Position numbers and translations under genes: made by a program. Under the pieces are notes generated by a model. It was given only the letters and a program-made list of their open reading frames with translations, searched no databases and was not told where the DNA came from. A DNA stretch of 64,000 nt from Alphaproteobacteria bacterium (lineage in GTDB: Bacteria > Pseudomonadota > Alphaproteobacteria > UBA9219). Each line of letters begins with the position of its first letter. Within the stretch, counting starts at the first letter, position 1. Positions 1-9,475 of the stretch are shown here, in pieces. The stretch is from assembly GCA_013289265.1 (NCBI GenBank), contig JABDAH010000007.1, positions 1,745-65,744 of the forward strand, written 5' to 3'.

Positions 1-1179
1 AAATAAAATCGGCAAGGTCTTGCCAATCATGCTTTGGTTGAACTGCTCCTGCTGCGTGCGCAGCAGTTGCTGCAATTCCTGCAGTCGCGCATTTTTAACA
101 TCATCCGCTATCTGGTTCGGCATCACGGCGGCGGGTGTTCCCGGACGGCGGCTATAGGTAAAGGAATAAGCCTGGGCAAAGCCAATGTCGCGGATCAGCC
201 GCATTGTTTCCTGAAAATCGCGGTCGCTTTCGCCGGGAAAGCCAATGATAAAATCAGACGACAGAGCAATATCAGGCCGAACGTTGCGCAGCTTTTCAAT
301 CAGGCGGCGGTAATCATCAGACGTATGCTTGCGGTTCATCGCATCCAGAATGGGATCGGAGCCGCTTTGCACCGGCAAATGCAAAAACGGCATCAGTTGA
401 GGCAAGTCGCGATGCGCTGCGATCAGCTCATCATCCATATCACGCGGGTGCGAGGTCATGTAGCGCAGGCGTTTCAGGTTCGGGATTTCCGCAAGCCGGA
501 AGAAGAGCCGCCCAAGACCCCAGACTTTGCCGTCAGGCCCTTCGCCGTGGAAAGCATTAACATTCTGTCCCAGCAAAGTGATCTCGCGCGCCCCGCCTTC
601 CACCAGTTTTTCTGCTTCGGCAATCAGCGATGCGACGCTACGTGAATATTCAGCGCCACGCGTATAGGGAACCACACAAAAGCTGCAAAACTTATCGCAC
701 CCTTCCTGAATAGAAAGAAAGACGCTGACACCCGCATCGGCATGGGCCGTGGGCAACTGATCAAACTTCGCTTCGGTCGTAAAATCGGTATTGAGAATAA
801 TGCCTGCGCCGCGACTGACCTTGGCGATCATTTCCGGCAGTTGATGATAAGTCTGCGGTCCGAAAACCATATCAACATAAGGCGCGCGGCGCTGGATTTC
901 CGGTCCTTCGGCTTGAGCTACGCAACCGGCGACAGCAACCATCATGCGTTCGCCGCGGTCAGCCTTGGCTTTTTGATGCGGGCGCAAACGGCCCAGTTCC
1001 GAGAAAAGTTTTTCGGTGGCTTTTTCACGGATATGACATGTATTGAAAATAACCAGATCGGCATCCGCCATATCGTCCGTTGCGGCATAGCCCAGCGGCG
1101 CCACGACATCGGCCATACGGCCACTGTCGTATACATTCATCTGGCAGCCCCAGGTTTTGACGAACAGCTTTTTGGTCAT
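1..1179 (-). CDS. miaB: tRNA methylthiotransferase MiaB, N-terminal ~393 codons (C-terminus lies beyond the window start)
   Basis: Absent from the ORF track because it runs off the window. My minus-strand translation from the ATG at 1179 reads [62 protein letters not shown] (MiaB N-domain plus radical-SAM CxxxCxxC). The ATG overlaps the olsA stop (ATGA). Plus-strand ORFs 34..645 and 742..1188 are antisense shadows. Confidence 0.9.
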   Translation of the reverse strand, partial: MTKKLFVKTWGCQMNVYDSGRMADVVAPLGYAATDDMADADLVIFNTCHIREKATEKLFSELGRLRPHQKAKADRGERMMVAVAGCVAQAEGPEIQRRAPYVDMVFGPQTYHQLPEMIAKVSRGAGIILNTDFTTEAKFDQLPTAHADAGVSVFLSIQEGCDKFCSFCVVPYTRGAEYSRSVASLIAEAEKLVEGGAREITLLGQNVNAFHGEGPDGKVWGLGRLFFRLAEIPNLKRLRYMTSHPRDMDDELIAAHRDLPQLMPFLHLPVQSGSDPILDAMNRKHTSDDYRRLIEKLRNVRPDIALSSDFIIGFPGESDRDFQETMRLIRDIGFAQAYSFTYSRRPGTPAAVMPNQIADDVKNARLQELQQLLRTQQEQFNQSMIGKTLPILF

Positions 1180-2033
1180 GCGGATTGAGCGAGCTTCGCT
1201 GCGATGCGCTTGACGGATTCCGACGCTTCGATGCTGGTGACACCGCGCCCCGTCAGGCATTGCTCTACACCCTTTGCGACTTGCTGGTGGCAAAAGGCAG
1301 ACAAGACCTTACGATCGCTGAAATCCTTCGGCGATACAGGAGGATGAAATACAATATCAATTGTAAAACGCCCCATCTTAAAAGCATTCCATAAATGCGG
1401 CACCAAGGTCATATCGCCGTACCACGCATAGAGCGGGCGCAAGTCCCGCGTCATCGGCATGCCGTCCAGACCGCTGCATGTTACAGAAACAGGCTGCACC
1501 AGAACGGGAAAATCGCCCTGCACGATGCTGAACAGGCTGCTCTTAAACGGCAGCACTGACAGGCCAACGGTGGAAGTTCCTTCGGGGAACAAAATCAGGC
1601 TCTGGCCTTTTTGCAAAAGCTCCCGCAAGCCATCGCTTTGCTCGGCCGCGCGCGTTGCTTGCCGAATGACAAAAACGGTGCGCTGCAGCTTGGACAGAAA
1701 ACCAAAGAACGGCCATCCGGCCACTTCGGATTTGGCAACGAAAGGAGCCGGGATCAACGCGCCGAGAACAGGTATATCGAGATAGGAGGTGTGGTTCGAT
1801 ACATAGAGCACCGGCTTACTGGTTTCCAGAATGCCGTGCGTGCGCAGCTTCATGCCCAGAATACGCACTAGCGTACGATATAAAAAAAGCGACACATGGT
1901 ACGAATCTTTTTTGCGCTTCAGATAATAAGCCTGCACCGGCATCAGTGTGAGAATGAGCAGCAGGAAACCGGTCAACCGCACCGCGCCGTTTAAAACCGG
2001 GCCGATATTCGATAATGTTTGCTTATTGAGCAT
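1176..2033 (-). CDS. olsA: PlsC-family lyso-ornithine-lipid O-acyltransferase (OlsA-like)
   Basis: ORF track 1176..2066. I start it at the internal ATG (residue 12), which is preceded by AGGAAG. Acyltransferase motifs NHTSYLDI (HX4D) and FPEGTS are present. It lies 13 nt downstream of the olsB-like gene. Confidence 0.7.
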   Translation of the reverse strand: MLNKQTLSNIGPVLNGAVRLTGFLLLILTLMPVQAYYLKRKKDSYHVSLFLYRTLVRILGMKLRTHGILETSKPVLYVSNHTSYLDIPVLGALIPAPFVAKSEVAGWPFFGFLSKLQRTVFVIRQATRAAEQSDGLRELLQKGQSLILFPEGTSTVGLSVLPFKSSLFSIVQGDFPVLVQPVSVTCSGLDGMPMTRDLRPLYAWYGDMTLVPHLWNAFKMGRFTIDIVFHPPVSPKDFSDRKVLSAFCHQQVAKGVEQCLTGRGVTSIEASESVKRIAAKLAQSA

Positions 2034-2046
2034 CAGGTCTAACTTC

Positions 2047-2892
2047 CTATTCCACCGGCAGGACAATGTCTTTTTTGTTGCTGCGTTCGTAATGCTTGAT
2101 GTATCGGCTGGTGATCAGATCGGTTTTGACGATGATGAAAACATCAACGCTGTTCCATTGCGGATCGATCACGGCACCGTCACCGACAAAACCGCCGACA
2201 CGGATATAGCCCTTGATTAAGGGCGGCAGGCTGTTGCTGCCGCTGCGTGGATCCAGCTTCATATCGTTGAATGCGGCGTTGGGGTCAAAAGCTTCGCGTG
2301 GCAGCAGGCGCATATCGACGTAACGTTCCGGCAAAGCCTTGGCAAGCAAGGCGGGCGGCGCGAGATGATGATAATAGAGATAAGACAAAGGCAGGGCATG
2401 CGCTTTGGGATCAATTCCCGGAAGGCTGGCACAACCGAACATCAGTCGCACATCGTGCTGAAACACATAAGCGGTCAGCCCCTTCCACAGGGTTTGCATC
2501 ACCTGCCCGGTGCGATATTCGGCATCGATACAGGAACGGCCAAGTTCCAGAATCTCGCCGGGATATTCCAGCAAAGGCGAAATGTCATATTCGTTGCGTG
2601 AATAAAAACCGCCGCACTTGTTGGCGGCTTCACGACGAATTAAACGGTATGTGCCGATAACTTTATTTTCCTGCCGCGCGTTATCGATGACCAGCAGATG
2701 ATCGCAATGCTCATCAAATTCGTCGAAGTCGCGTTTGCGTGCCGCCATCTCAGGCGACGGCTTGGCGCCCATCCCTTCATAGAATACGCGATAACGCAAC
2801 GCTTGCGCCGCATCGATTTCTTCCGGTGATATCGCCAACCTGACTTCCAGGTTACTAAAGCGCGACGATTCGGTATCTGGGGAATCGGTCAT
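2047..2892 (-). CDS. olsB: GNAT/hemolysin-like ornithine N-acyltransferase (OlsB-like)
   Basis: ORF track, 281 aa. N-terminus reads LEVRLAISPEEIDAAQALRYRVFYEGMGA, with ...GTYRLIRRE...LELGRSCI. This is typical of OlsB and it is paired with a PlsC-type gene. Confidence 0.7.
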   Translation of the reverse strand: MTDSPDTESSRFSNLEVRLAISPEEIDAAQALRYRVFYEGMGAKPSPEMAARKRDFDEFDEHCDHLLVIDNARQENKVIGTYRLIRREAANKCGGFYSRNEYDISPLLEYPGEILELGRSCIDAEYRTGQVMQTLWKGLTAYVFQHDVRLMFGCASLPGIDPKAHALPLSYLYYHHLAPPALLAKALPERYVDMRLLPREAFDPNAAFNDMKLDPRSGSNSLPPLIKGYIRVGGFVGDGAVIDPQWNSVDVFIIVKTDLITSRYIKHYERSNKKDIVLPVE

Positions 2893-3052
2893 TTTTTACC
2901 TAAATAGAGTTCCGGAATGGATACGCCCTGGAGAATCAAATGCAATCAACGCGCATTTACTACCATAGAAAAAGGCCGTGCCGCTACCACAAGCATCAGC
3001 CACATGCTTTTCCAGGGTCCCGAAAAACATATACCAATCAATAGGATAGATT

Positions 3053-3484
3053 TTAGGCTGCTTTTTGCCGTACAGGACGGCGCGACGCCGATGTGCCAAG
3101 CCCTATCTGCTTGGCCAGCTTGCTGCGCTGCTTGGCGTAGTTAGGGGCAACCATCGGATAGTCAGCCGGCAGGTTCCAGCGTTCGCGATATTGCTCTGGC
3201 GTCAGGCCGTAAGAAGTCTTGATGTGGCGCTTCAGCATCTTCAGCTTTTTGCCATCTTCGAGGCAAACAATGTAATCCGGGAAAATGGATTTTTTTGGAG
3301 ATACAGCCGGCTCGGGACGGTTATCGGTCACACTGCTTTGACCGAGCTTGGTGAGGCCCTGATAAACACTGGACATGAGCGAAGCGACATCGCCAGCAGC
3401 TACGGTATTATTGCTGACATAGGCTGCAACGACTTGCGCCGTCAAAGCAGCAAGGCGTTCAGACGGGGAAAGAGTCTCTGGCAT
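3053..3484 (-). CDS. mucR: Ros/MucR family zinc-finger transcriptional regulator
   Basis: ORF track 3053..3499 (TTG). The internal ATG at residue 6 has GGAGA upstream. Sequence reads PDYIVCLEDGKKLKMLKRHIKTSYGLTPEQYRERWNLPADYPMVAPNYAKQRSKLAKQIGLG. Confidence 0.9.
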   Translation of the reverse strand: MPETLSPSERLAALTAQVVAAYVSNNTVAAGDVASLMSSVYQGLTKLGQSSVTDNRPEPAVSPKKSIFPDYIVCLEDGKKLKMLKRHIKTSYGLTPEQYRERWNLPADYPMVAPNYAKQRSKLAKQIGLGTSASRRPVRQKAA

Positions 3485-3601
3485 ATTGTTTATCTCCAAA
3501 ATACTGCTGGGCAGGTTTATGTCATAGAAGAAGGGCGCACTTATGCCTGCGGGCGAAGGCTTAAGTCAAGACCGCAGGTGATAAAAAATCTATCGGTATA
3601 G

Positions 3602-4288
3602 TTAATTTGCGCCTTCAGCGCCGCCCTGCAGTTGCTGATGCATCATTGTCAGCAACCCGTCGATCTGACCACCGTTGCGCTGGATCACGGCAGCATACTC
3701 CTGACGTTGTGTGACGCTGAGGCTGACACCTTCAACGACAACGTCGATAACGCCAAGCTTGTTATTGCGGTTGCGAACACGCCAGTCAATTGTTGTTGGG
3801 GTTGAACCATCCGGATGGGTGATCTGGCTGTTAACTATAAAATCCTTTTCGCTCTCGGCGCGCGCGCCGGTAACCGTGAAGCCTTCGCCTGTGTAAAGAG
3901 TCAGGCGGTCGCCGTAGCTTTTGATAACCAGAGCTTCGAACAGGTTCATATATTCTTTCTGTTGCTCAGGCGTTGCCGCATTCCAGGTGCGCCCAATGAC
4001 AAAACGGCCAATGGTCATGAGGTCAAACGAATCCTGCAAGATCAGGCGAAACTTATCGGTGCGCTGGGTTTGGCTGATATTCTTGTTCGCAATAACGCCT
4101 ATAGCCCTGTCGCCAAGGCTTTGAATGAACTTTCCGGCCGGCGTTTTTATGGCCTGATCATGGGTTTGAGCCGAAGGGGCCGCATCATCCGTTTGGGCTG
4201 CCACGGGAGCAGCCAGAAGTCCCCCAACCAAAACCAATGAAACAGCCAAAAAAGCCATTCGCGAAAAAGGGCGCAACATAGGACGCAT
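3602..4288 (-). CDS. MlaC/Ttg2D-family periplasmic phospholipid-binding protein
   Basis: ORF track, 228 aa. Signal peptide ends ...LLAAPVAAQT. Sequence includes FRLILQDSFDLMTIGRFVIGRTWNAATPEQQKEYMNLFEALVIKSYGDRL...LGVIDVVVEGVSLSVTQRQEY. Confidence 0.75.
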   Translation of the reverse strand: MRPMLRPFSRMAFLAVSLVLVGGLLAAPVAAQTDDAAPSAQTHDQAIKTPAGKFIQSLGDRAIGVIANKNISQTQRTDKFRLILQDSFDLMTIGRFVIGRTWNAATPEQQKEYMNLFEALVIKSYGDRLTLYTGEGFTVTGARAESEKDFIVNSQITHPDGSTPTTIDWRVRNRNNKLGVIDVVVEGVSLSVTQRQEYAAVIQRNGGQIDGLLTMMHQQLQGGAEGAN

Positions 4289-4577
4289 TCAGATCTCCTG
4301 AGGGGCAATACCAAAGAATCAAACCAGCACACTGATATATAACGGGTAAAAATGGCAAAACAAAGTGCCAATTCGGACTAGTTAAATACTCTTTATTTGT
4401 AGGGCAAAAGTAAGGCTATGACTTACTTAGGTGTGGCTTTTGGGAAATAACTACCAAGAACTCAAAATGCCATGATGAATCTGCATTGACGCCCTTCTTT
4501 CGACATGCTTTTTTGCTCTACTACTCAGTAACGGCCCACCCGGGCCCGATTATACACTCCATGGAAAGGATCTTAAG

Positions 4578-4781
4578 ATGCGTTCGATGAAACTTTTGGT
4601 TGCTGCTGCTCTGGTTGCCGCTCTGGTTGCTGGCCCTGTTATGGCTCAAGATGCTATGACCGGCGCTCCTGCAACGGAAACAACAAAGCCTGTCAAGCAC
4701 CACAAGAAGCACACTGGCAAGAAGCACAGCCATAAGAAGGCGACAGCTGCTCCTGCTCCAGAAGCAACACCAGCTCAGTAA
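4578..4781 (+). CDS. Small secreted His/Lys-rich protein (Asr/acid-shock-protein-like composition)
   Basis: ORF track, 67 aa. Signal peptide MRSMKLLVAAALVAALVAGPVMA. Mature part contains KPVKHHKKHTGKKHSHKK. RBS GGAAAGGA lies upstream and an intrinsic terminator lies downstream. Confidence 0.7.
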   Translation: MRSMKLLVAAALVAALVAGPVMAQDAMTGAPATETTKPVKHHKKHTGKKHSHKKATAAPAPEATPAQ

Positions 4782-4812
4782 GAGTTGCGTTAAAGTCTTC
4801 GAAGACATTTAA

Positions 4813-4849
4813 ACCGCCGCGCATGGGACGTCCTCGCGGCGGTTTTTTT
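4813..4849 (+). terminator. Rho-independent terminator after the small His/Lys-rich gene
   Basis: ACCGCCGCG-(13 nt)-CGCGGCGGT followed by T7. Coordinates read by eye, +/-2 nt. Confidence 0.8.
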
Positions 4850-4859
4850 GTGACCGAAA

Positions 4860-4924
4860 AGTGGTCGGAGAAAAAAGTGATCAGAGATTAGGGACCAAGG
4901 TCATCTCTTTTTTCTCTGACCACT
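4860..4924. repeat. About 22-bp imperfect inverted repeat between the terminator and the folC stop
   Basis: Left arm AGTGGTCGGAGAAAAAAGTGAT and right arm ATCTCTTTTTTCTCTGACCACT (2 mismatches, ~21-nt spacer). On the minus strand the hairpin is followed by TTTT, so it could terminate folC. Confidence 0.5.
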
Positions 4925-4933
4925 GACCACCTA

Positions 4934-6247
4934 TTACTCTCCTGCATTATATTTCAACACATCACCCGCCAAGTAAAGCGAACCACAAATCAGTATTCGC
5001 GCATTTGGTACTTGCTGCGTGATTTCGGAAATCGCCGCCCTGACCGATACGGCTTCTTTTACTTTTTGAATTCCACTATCACGCACTTTAGTTGCGAGAT
5101 CACTGGCCGTAAAACCAGCAACTTTATTTGGAATAGTCACTGTGCGCACCAATGCAATATGTGGCAGGAGCGGTTGCAAAAATTCCTGCGGTTTTTTGGT
5201 GGTGAGCATGCCATAGATAAGACAAAGCGGTTTGGGGTTTGCGCCGTCTTGCAGCGCCCATTTTTGCGCCTGTATTGCCAGTACTTCACCTGCTGAATCA
5301 TTATGACCGCCGTCCAGCCAAAGCTCCGCATTTTGTGGCACCAGATCCGCCAAAACGCCCTGTTTTATTGGCTGCAAACGCGCTGGCCATTCGGCTGTTT
5401 GCAAGCCTTTGGCGATCACTTCCTGACTCAGCGGCTTTGGCAAAACCAACAACACCGCAATAGCAAGCCCGGCATTCTGGAACTGATGCGCACCAAGCAA
5501 TGCGGGCGCTGGCAAATCATAATGGCGATGCGCATCGTCAAAATAAAAACCGGCACTTGTCGGTGTTACGCGCCAGCTATCACCACCCATAAAAAGTGGT
5601 GCTTTTATTTCCGCTGCAGCTTCGCGCAAACTGCTGATGCTTTCTGCATCCGACTGCGCGCTGGTAAAGCATGGTACGCCTGTTCGCATGATGCCGGCTT
5701 TCTCCCGCGCGATCTGCGTCAGCGTATGACCAAGGAAATCTCGATGATCGTAAGACAATCGCGTAATGAGTGTCGCGAGTGGTTTCTCCACCACATTGGT
5801 GGCGTCCAGCCTGCCGCCCAAACCTGTTTCCAGAATAACAAAGTCAGCGGGCGTGCGCGAAAAAGCGGCAAAGGCAACGGCAGTGATCGCTTCGAAAGCG
5901 CTGACTTGCGCTTCCTGATCTTTATCCTGACACACGGTCAGGAGTTCAACCAATTCTTCTTCACTGATCAGCTTGCCTGCAATGCGGATACGTTCATGAA
6001 AACGCACAAGATGCGGCGATGTATAGACATGGACCTTGTAGCCAGCCGCTTCCAGTATCGCACGCAGAAAAGCGCAGGTGGAACCTTTGCCATTCGTACC
6101 CGCAACGTGGAACACCGGCGGTAAATGCTGGTGAGGATTGCCGAGTCTTTTCAGAAACTCGAAATAGGCCGGAGTCAGCGCCTGCCGGTTATCGATATGG
6201 CTACGATGCAGCGAAAAACGCTCGAGAATATCGGCGGATGTAGGCAT
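4934..6247 (-). CDS. folC: Bifunctional folylpolyglutamate synthase / dihydrofolate synthase
   Basis: ORF track 4934..6283. I start it at the internal ATG (residue 13, MPTSADILERF), which avoids overlap with accD. Mur-ligase P-loop HVAGTNGKGST is present. Confidence 0.9.
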   Translation of the reverse strand: MPTSADILERFSLHRSHIDNRQALTPAYFEFLKRLGNPHQHLPPVFHVAGTNGKGSTCAFLRAILEAAGYKVHVYTSPHLVRFHERIRIAGKLISEEELVELLTVCQDKDQEAQVSAFEAITAVAFAAFSRTPADFVILETGLGGRLDATNVVEKPLATLITRLSYDHRDFLGHTLTQIAREKAGIMRTGVPCFTSAQSDAESISSLREAAAEIKAPLFMGGDSWRVTPTSAGFYFDDAHRHYDLPAPALLGAHQFQNAGLAIAVLLVLPKPLSQEVIAKGLQTAEWPARLQPIKQGVLADLVPQNAELWLDGGHNDSAGEVLAIQAQKWALQDGANPKPLCLIYGMLTTKKPQEFLQPLLPHIALVRTVTIPNKVAGFTASDLATKVRDSGIQKVKEAVSVRAAISEITQQVPNARILICGSLYLAGDVLKYNAGE

Positions 6248-6254
6248 ATCTGCC

Positions 6255-7172
6255 CTATCCGCGCTTGATGCTCCGCGCACCATGCGGAACCGGCCCTGTC
6301 AGCAACATGGTATTGGCCGAGGGTTCCTTACGCAGCATGCGCAAAATGCGGACTAGCGTATCGCGCAGGTCTTTACGCTCCACCACAATATCGACCATGC
6401 CATGCTCACGTAGATATTCGGCGCGCTGGAAACCGGAGGGCAACGTCTCACGGATTGTGCTTTCGATCACGCGGGCTCCGGCAAAACCGATCTGCGCGCC
6501 CTTTTCAGCAATATGAATATCGCCGACCATGGCAAAGGAAGCTGTAACGCCGCCCGTTGTCGGGTCGGTCAGCAACACGATGTATGGCAGGCCTGCAGCT
6601 TTCACTTCATTCACTGCGATAATGGTGCGTGGCATCTGCATCAGCGACAAAGCGCCTTCCTGCATGCGCGCGCCGCCGGATGCCGGGACAAGGATCAAAG
6701 CAGATTTGGTCGCGACGGCACGACGCGCGGCAGTGACAATTGCCTCCCCCACGCCGAGGCCCATCGAACCACCCATAAAAGTAAAATCAAAAGCGGCGAT
6801 AACAGTTTTCACGCCGCCCATGGCGCCCTCACCGATCACAATCGCATCGCGGCGGCCAGTTTTGTTGCGCGCATCGCGCAAGCGCTCGACATAGCGTTTC
6901 TGATCACGGAACTGCAGCGGATCGATCAGCATTTTCGGTAGATCGATTTCCTTATACTTGCCACCGTCGAACATGATCTCGAGACGGCGCACAGCGCCGA
7001 CCTTCAGGTGAAAGCCGCAGGTCGGGCAAACATTCAGGTTTTCTTCCAGCTCGCGCCGAAATAGCATAGCGCTGCAACCTGGGCATTTCTCCCACAGGTT
7101 ATCAGGCACTTCTTTTTTCGGGCCGACAAGGGCGCGAATTTTTGGACGAACAAAATTAGTGAGCCAGTTCAT
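6255..7172 (-). CDS. accD: Acetyl-CoA carboxylase carboxyltransferase beta subunit
   Basis: ORF track, 305 aa. Begins MNWLTNFVRPKI. Zinc ribbon CPGCSAMLFRREL..VCPTCGFH, then GGSMG and GGARMQEG. Confidence 0.95.
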   Translation of the reverse strand: MNWLTNFVRPKIRALVGPKKEVPDNLWEKCPGCSAMLFRRELEENLNVCPTCGFHLKVGAVRRLEIMFDGGKYKEIDLPKMLIDPLQFRDQKRYVERLRDARNKTGRRDAIVIGEGAMGGVKTVIAAFDFTFMGGSMGLGVGEAIVTAARRAVATKSALILVPASGGARMQEGALSLMQMPRTIIAVNEVKAAGLPYIVLLTDPTTGGVTASFAMVGDIHIAEKGAQIGFAGARVIESTIRETLPSGFQRAEYLREHGMVDIVVERKDLRDTLVRILRMLRKEPSANTMLLTGPVPHGARSIKRG

Positions 7173-7184
7173 GTAATTTCTGCC

Positions 7185-8045
7185 TTATGGAGTTACAGTA
7201 TTCGGCGCATAAGTAGGCGCCGGCGGTATCGAAGCCGGGTCCACACGCCGCAGGATATCGGCTAGCACCCCCTTATTCGTGAGGGAGATAATGGCACTAT
7301 CAATCAAATTCTTCAAATCGGTCTCACCTTGCTTGACGGAGAAGACAGAACCATAGACATGCAGGACCTGTCCCACCGTTTTTAGCTTGCCGGGGTTTTG
7401 CGCATCATAGGATTTAAAGAAGCCGTAGTCGACAAAGGTCGCATCGGCCTTGCCGGTAGCAACTTCCATGAAAATCTGCGAGGCATCGGCGTTTTGCGGC
7501 AGGGCGTCGATCTTCGCTTTTGGGAAGTCGCTCTGCGCGATGCTCTGGGTCACGTCACCGTCAACGGCTGCTGTGGTGAATGACGAATCGTTCAACTTGT
7601 CATAACCTTGATCGAAACGTGGATCGTTCGCACGGGCCACGACATAAACTTTGTGATAATGCACCGGCAAAGTAATGGTCGCATTCTTGAAACGGCCGGG
7701 ATCGGGCCAAACCGTCTGGCACATGACATCATAGCGGTTAGTATTCAACCCATCGATATAATTGCCAAACCCGACTTCCTCGACCCATTCGATTTTAAGT
7801 CCGAGTTCTTTGCCAATTTCAGTAAAGATGTCGTGATTGAAACCTGAAACCTCGCCCGTATTCGGGTCTTTGCGCATAAAAGGCGGCCATAGCGCATAGC
7901 CGCAGCGTATAGTCCCGGTGCGCAAAATGCGTTGATAGGCCGTTTCCTGTTTTTCCTGAACAGCGGATGGCTGATAATGTTGCATCCAGTACTGGCTGCC
8001 CGCAAAACCAAGAACAACTGCCACAATAAGCGCTACAAATTTCAT
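7185..8045 (-). CDS. Family-3 (polar amino-acid type) ABC substrate-binding protein, orphan
   Basis: ORF track, 286 aa. N-terminal anchor/signal; sequence includes TIRCGYALWPPFMRKDPNTGEVSGFNHDIFTEIGKELGLKIEW. No permease or ATPase gene is adjacent. Confidence 0.75.
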   Translation of the reverse strand: MKFVALIVAVVLGFAGSQYWMQHYQPSAVQEKQETAYQRILRTGTIRCGYALWPPFMRKDPNTGEVSGFNHDIFTEIGKELGLKIEWVEEVGFGNYIDGLNTNRYDVMCQTVWPDPGRFKNATITLPVHYHKVYVVARANDPRFDQGYDKLNDSSFTTAAVDGDVTQSIAQSDFPKAKIDALPQNADASQIFMEVATGKADATFVDYGFFKSYDAQNPGKLKTVGQVLHVYGSVFSVKQGETDLKNLIDSAIISLTNKGVLADILRRVDPASIPPAPTYAPNTVTP

Positions 8046-8054
8046 GAGATGCCC

Positions 8055-8294
8055 TTAAGTACGGGTTTCGTGTTGTTTGGCGTAAGTATCAATCAACGCC
8101 CGCATCATGCGCTGATACGGGATATGCGCGCGCTTAGCTTGCTTTTTAAAAAACTCCAGACTTTCACGTGTTACCTCTAGCGTAATTTTGATATTAGATT
8201 CACGCTTGATGAGCTGGCTGGGCGGCGGAAGCGTATCTTTGATACGCTCACCTATATGCAGTACTTCATCTGTATATTTGATTTTCTTTTTCAT
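8055..8294 (-). CDS. brnA: BrnA-type antitoxin (CopG/RHH-like)
   Basis: ORF track 8055..8330. I start it at the internal ATG (residue 13, MKKKIKYTDE). Sequence has ..LPPPSQLIKRESNIKITLEVTRESLEFFKKQAKRAHIPYQRMMRALI. It overlaps the brnT 3' end. Confidence 0.75.
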   Translation of the reverse strand: MKKKIKYTDEVLHIGERIKDTLPPPSQLIKRESNIKITLEVTRESLEFFKKQAKRAHIPYQRMMRALIDTYAKQHETRT

Positions 8295-8559
8295 AATGTT
8301 TCTTTCCCTGTCTCCAATAACCCGCGCCAAAAATCCGGATTCTTTTGCGCCTAAGGGTATAACGAACCGTCAAGATAGCGCCGTCAACCTTGCCAAAGCA
8401 GAAGAATCTTTTCTCACCTTTTTCATGCTGTATATCACGCACGATAATACGATTAGGATCCTCAAAAGCATTTTGCGCAGCTTCGAATGAGACGCCATGC
8501 TTAAGCTGATTAATAATATTTTTAACCTCATCCCACTCGAAGTCTACCGGCTCGGTCAT
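8266..8559 (-). CDS. brnT: BrnT-type toxin (DUF497 ribonuclease family)
   Basis: ORF track, 97 aa. Sequence FEWDEVKNIINQLKHGVSFEAAQNAFEDPNRIIVRDIQHEKGEKRFFCFGKVDGAILTVRYTLR..IRIFGAGYW. Confidence 0.8.
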   Translation of the reverse strand: MTEPVDFEWDEVKNIINQLKHGVSFEAAQNAFEDPNRIIVRDIQHEKGEKRFFCFGKVDGAILTVRYTLRRKRIRIFGAGYWRQGKKHYEKENQIYR

Positions 8560-8566
8560 TAGATTA

Positions 8567-8596
8567 CCATATATTTATATGGCTAAAAAGCCATAT
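8567..8596. promoter_or_regulatory. Nested palindromes (candidate BrnTA autoregulatory operator) with a -10-like box
   Basis: CCATATA-TT-TATATGG overlaps ATATGGC-TAAAAA-GCCATAT, 8-37 nt upstream of the brnT ATG. A minus-strand TATAAT lies at about 8595-8600. Coordinates +/-2 nt. Confidence 0.5.
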
Positions 8597-8614
8597 TATA
8601 ACCCATTCATATCT

Positions 8615-9475
8615 TTAGGCTTTTTGAATAGCCTGAGCCAGTGTTTCGACAAAACCCAGAACATCTGTAACCAAGCCGGGCCTGGCTTTGCCTTCGGCAT
8701 CGAGGTTGGCAGCAATACGGCTGATGATTGCGCTGCCAACAACAACGGCATCGGCATTTTGCGCGATTGTTTTTACCTGTTCCGGCGTTGTGATGCCAAA
8801 ACCAACCGCTACAGGCAGCGAGGTTGACTTACGCAATTCAGCAATCGCAGTCTGCACTGGCGTAGCGCTGACGGCCTTGCTGCCGGTAATACCAGTCATG
8901 GATACATAATAGAGAAAACCGCTGGCGCTGCGCAAAACCGCTGGCAAACGTTTGGCATCCGTCGTCGGCGTGACGAGGCGAATAAAGTTTAGCCCATGCC
9001 GCATAGCTGGCGCGCAAAGCTCGCCATCTTCTTCTGGTGGCAGATCGACAACAATCAGTCCGTCCACGCCAGCGTTTTTGGCATCAGTCAGAAATTTCTC
9101 TACACCATATGCATAAATAGGATTGTAGTAACCCATCAGCACAAGCGGCGTTGCCTGATCATTCTTGCGGAAACCGCGCACGAGATCCAAAATCTTGCCG
9201 AGCTTGATGCCTGCCTTGAACGCGCGCAAATTCGCAGCCTGAATAGTGGGGCCATCTGCCATCGGATCGCTGAATGGCATACCGAGTTCGATGATATCGA
9301 CACCCGCCTTTGGAAGGCCTGCCAGCAATTGCGCAGTGGTTTCCAGATCAGGGTCACCTGCCGTGATGAATGTCACTAGGCCACTTTTCTTCTGATCCTT
9401 GAGGGTTGCGAAACGCGCGGATATGCGGCCACTGTCAGCCTGCATGGCTGGTTGGGGGGAGAGGGCAGGGTTCAC
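8615..9475 (-). CDS. trpA: Tryptophan synthase alpha chain
   Basis: ORF track, 286 aa. The GTG start overlaps the trpB stop (GTGA); an alternative ATG lies at 9445. Sequence includes [29 protein letters not shown]. Confidence 0.92.
   Translation of the reverse strand: MNPALSPQPAMQADSGRISARFATLKDQKKSGLVTFITAGDPDLETTAQLLAGLPKAGVDIIELGMPFSDPMADGPTIQAANLRAFKAGIKLGKILDLVRGFRKNDQATPLVLMGYYNPIYAYGVEKFLTDAKNAGVDGLIVVDLPPEEDGELCAPAMRHGLNFIRLVTPTTDAKRLPAVLRSASGFLYYVSMTGITGSKAVSATPVQTAIAELRKSTSLPVAVGFGITTPEQVKTIAQNADAVVVGSAIISRIAANLDAEGKARPGLVTDVLGFVETLAQAIQKA

Noticed and set aside
34-1188. Plus-strand ORFs 34..645 (203 aa) and 742..1188 (148 aa)
   Set aside because: They are antisense to a clear miaB reading frame that runs off the window. 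Their products have Arg/Ala-rich shadow-ORF composition and no motifs.
4521-4808. 95-aa minus-strand ORF overlapping the small His/Lys-rich gene
   Set aside because: It is antisense to an ORF that has an RBS, a signal peptide and a terminator. Its Cys/Ser/Leu-rich composition is typical of a shadow frame.
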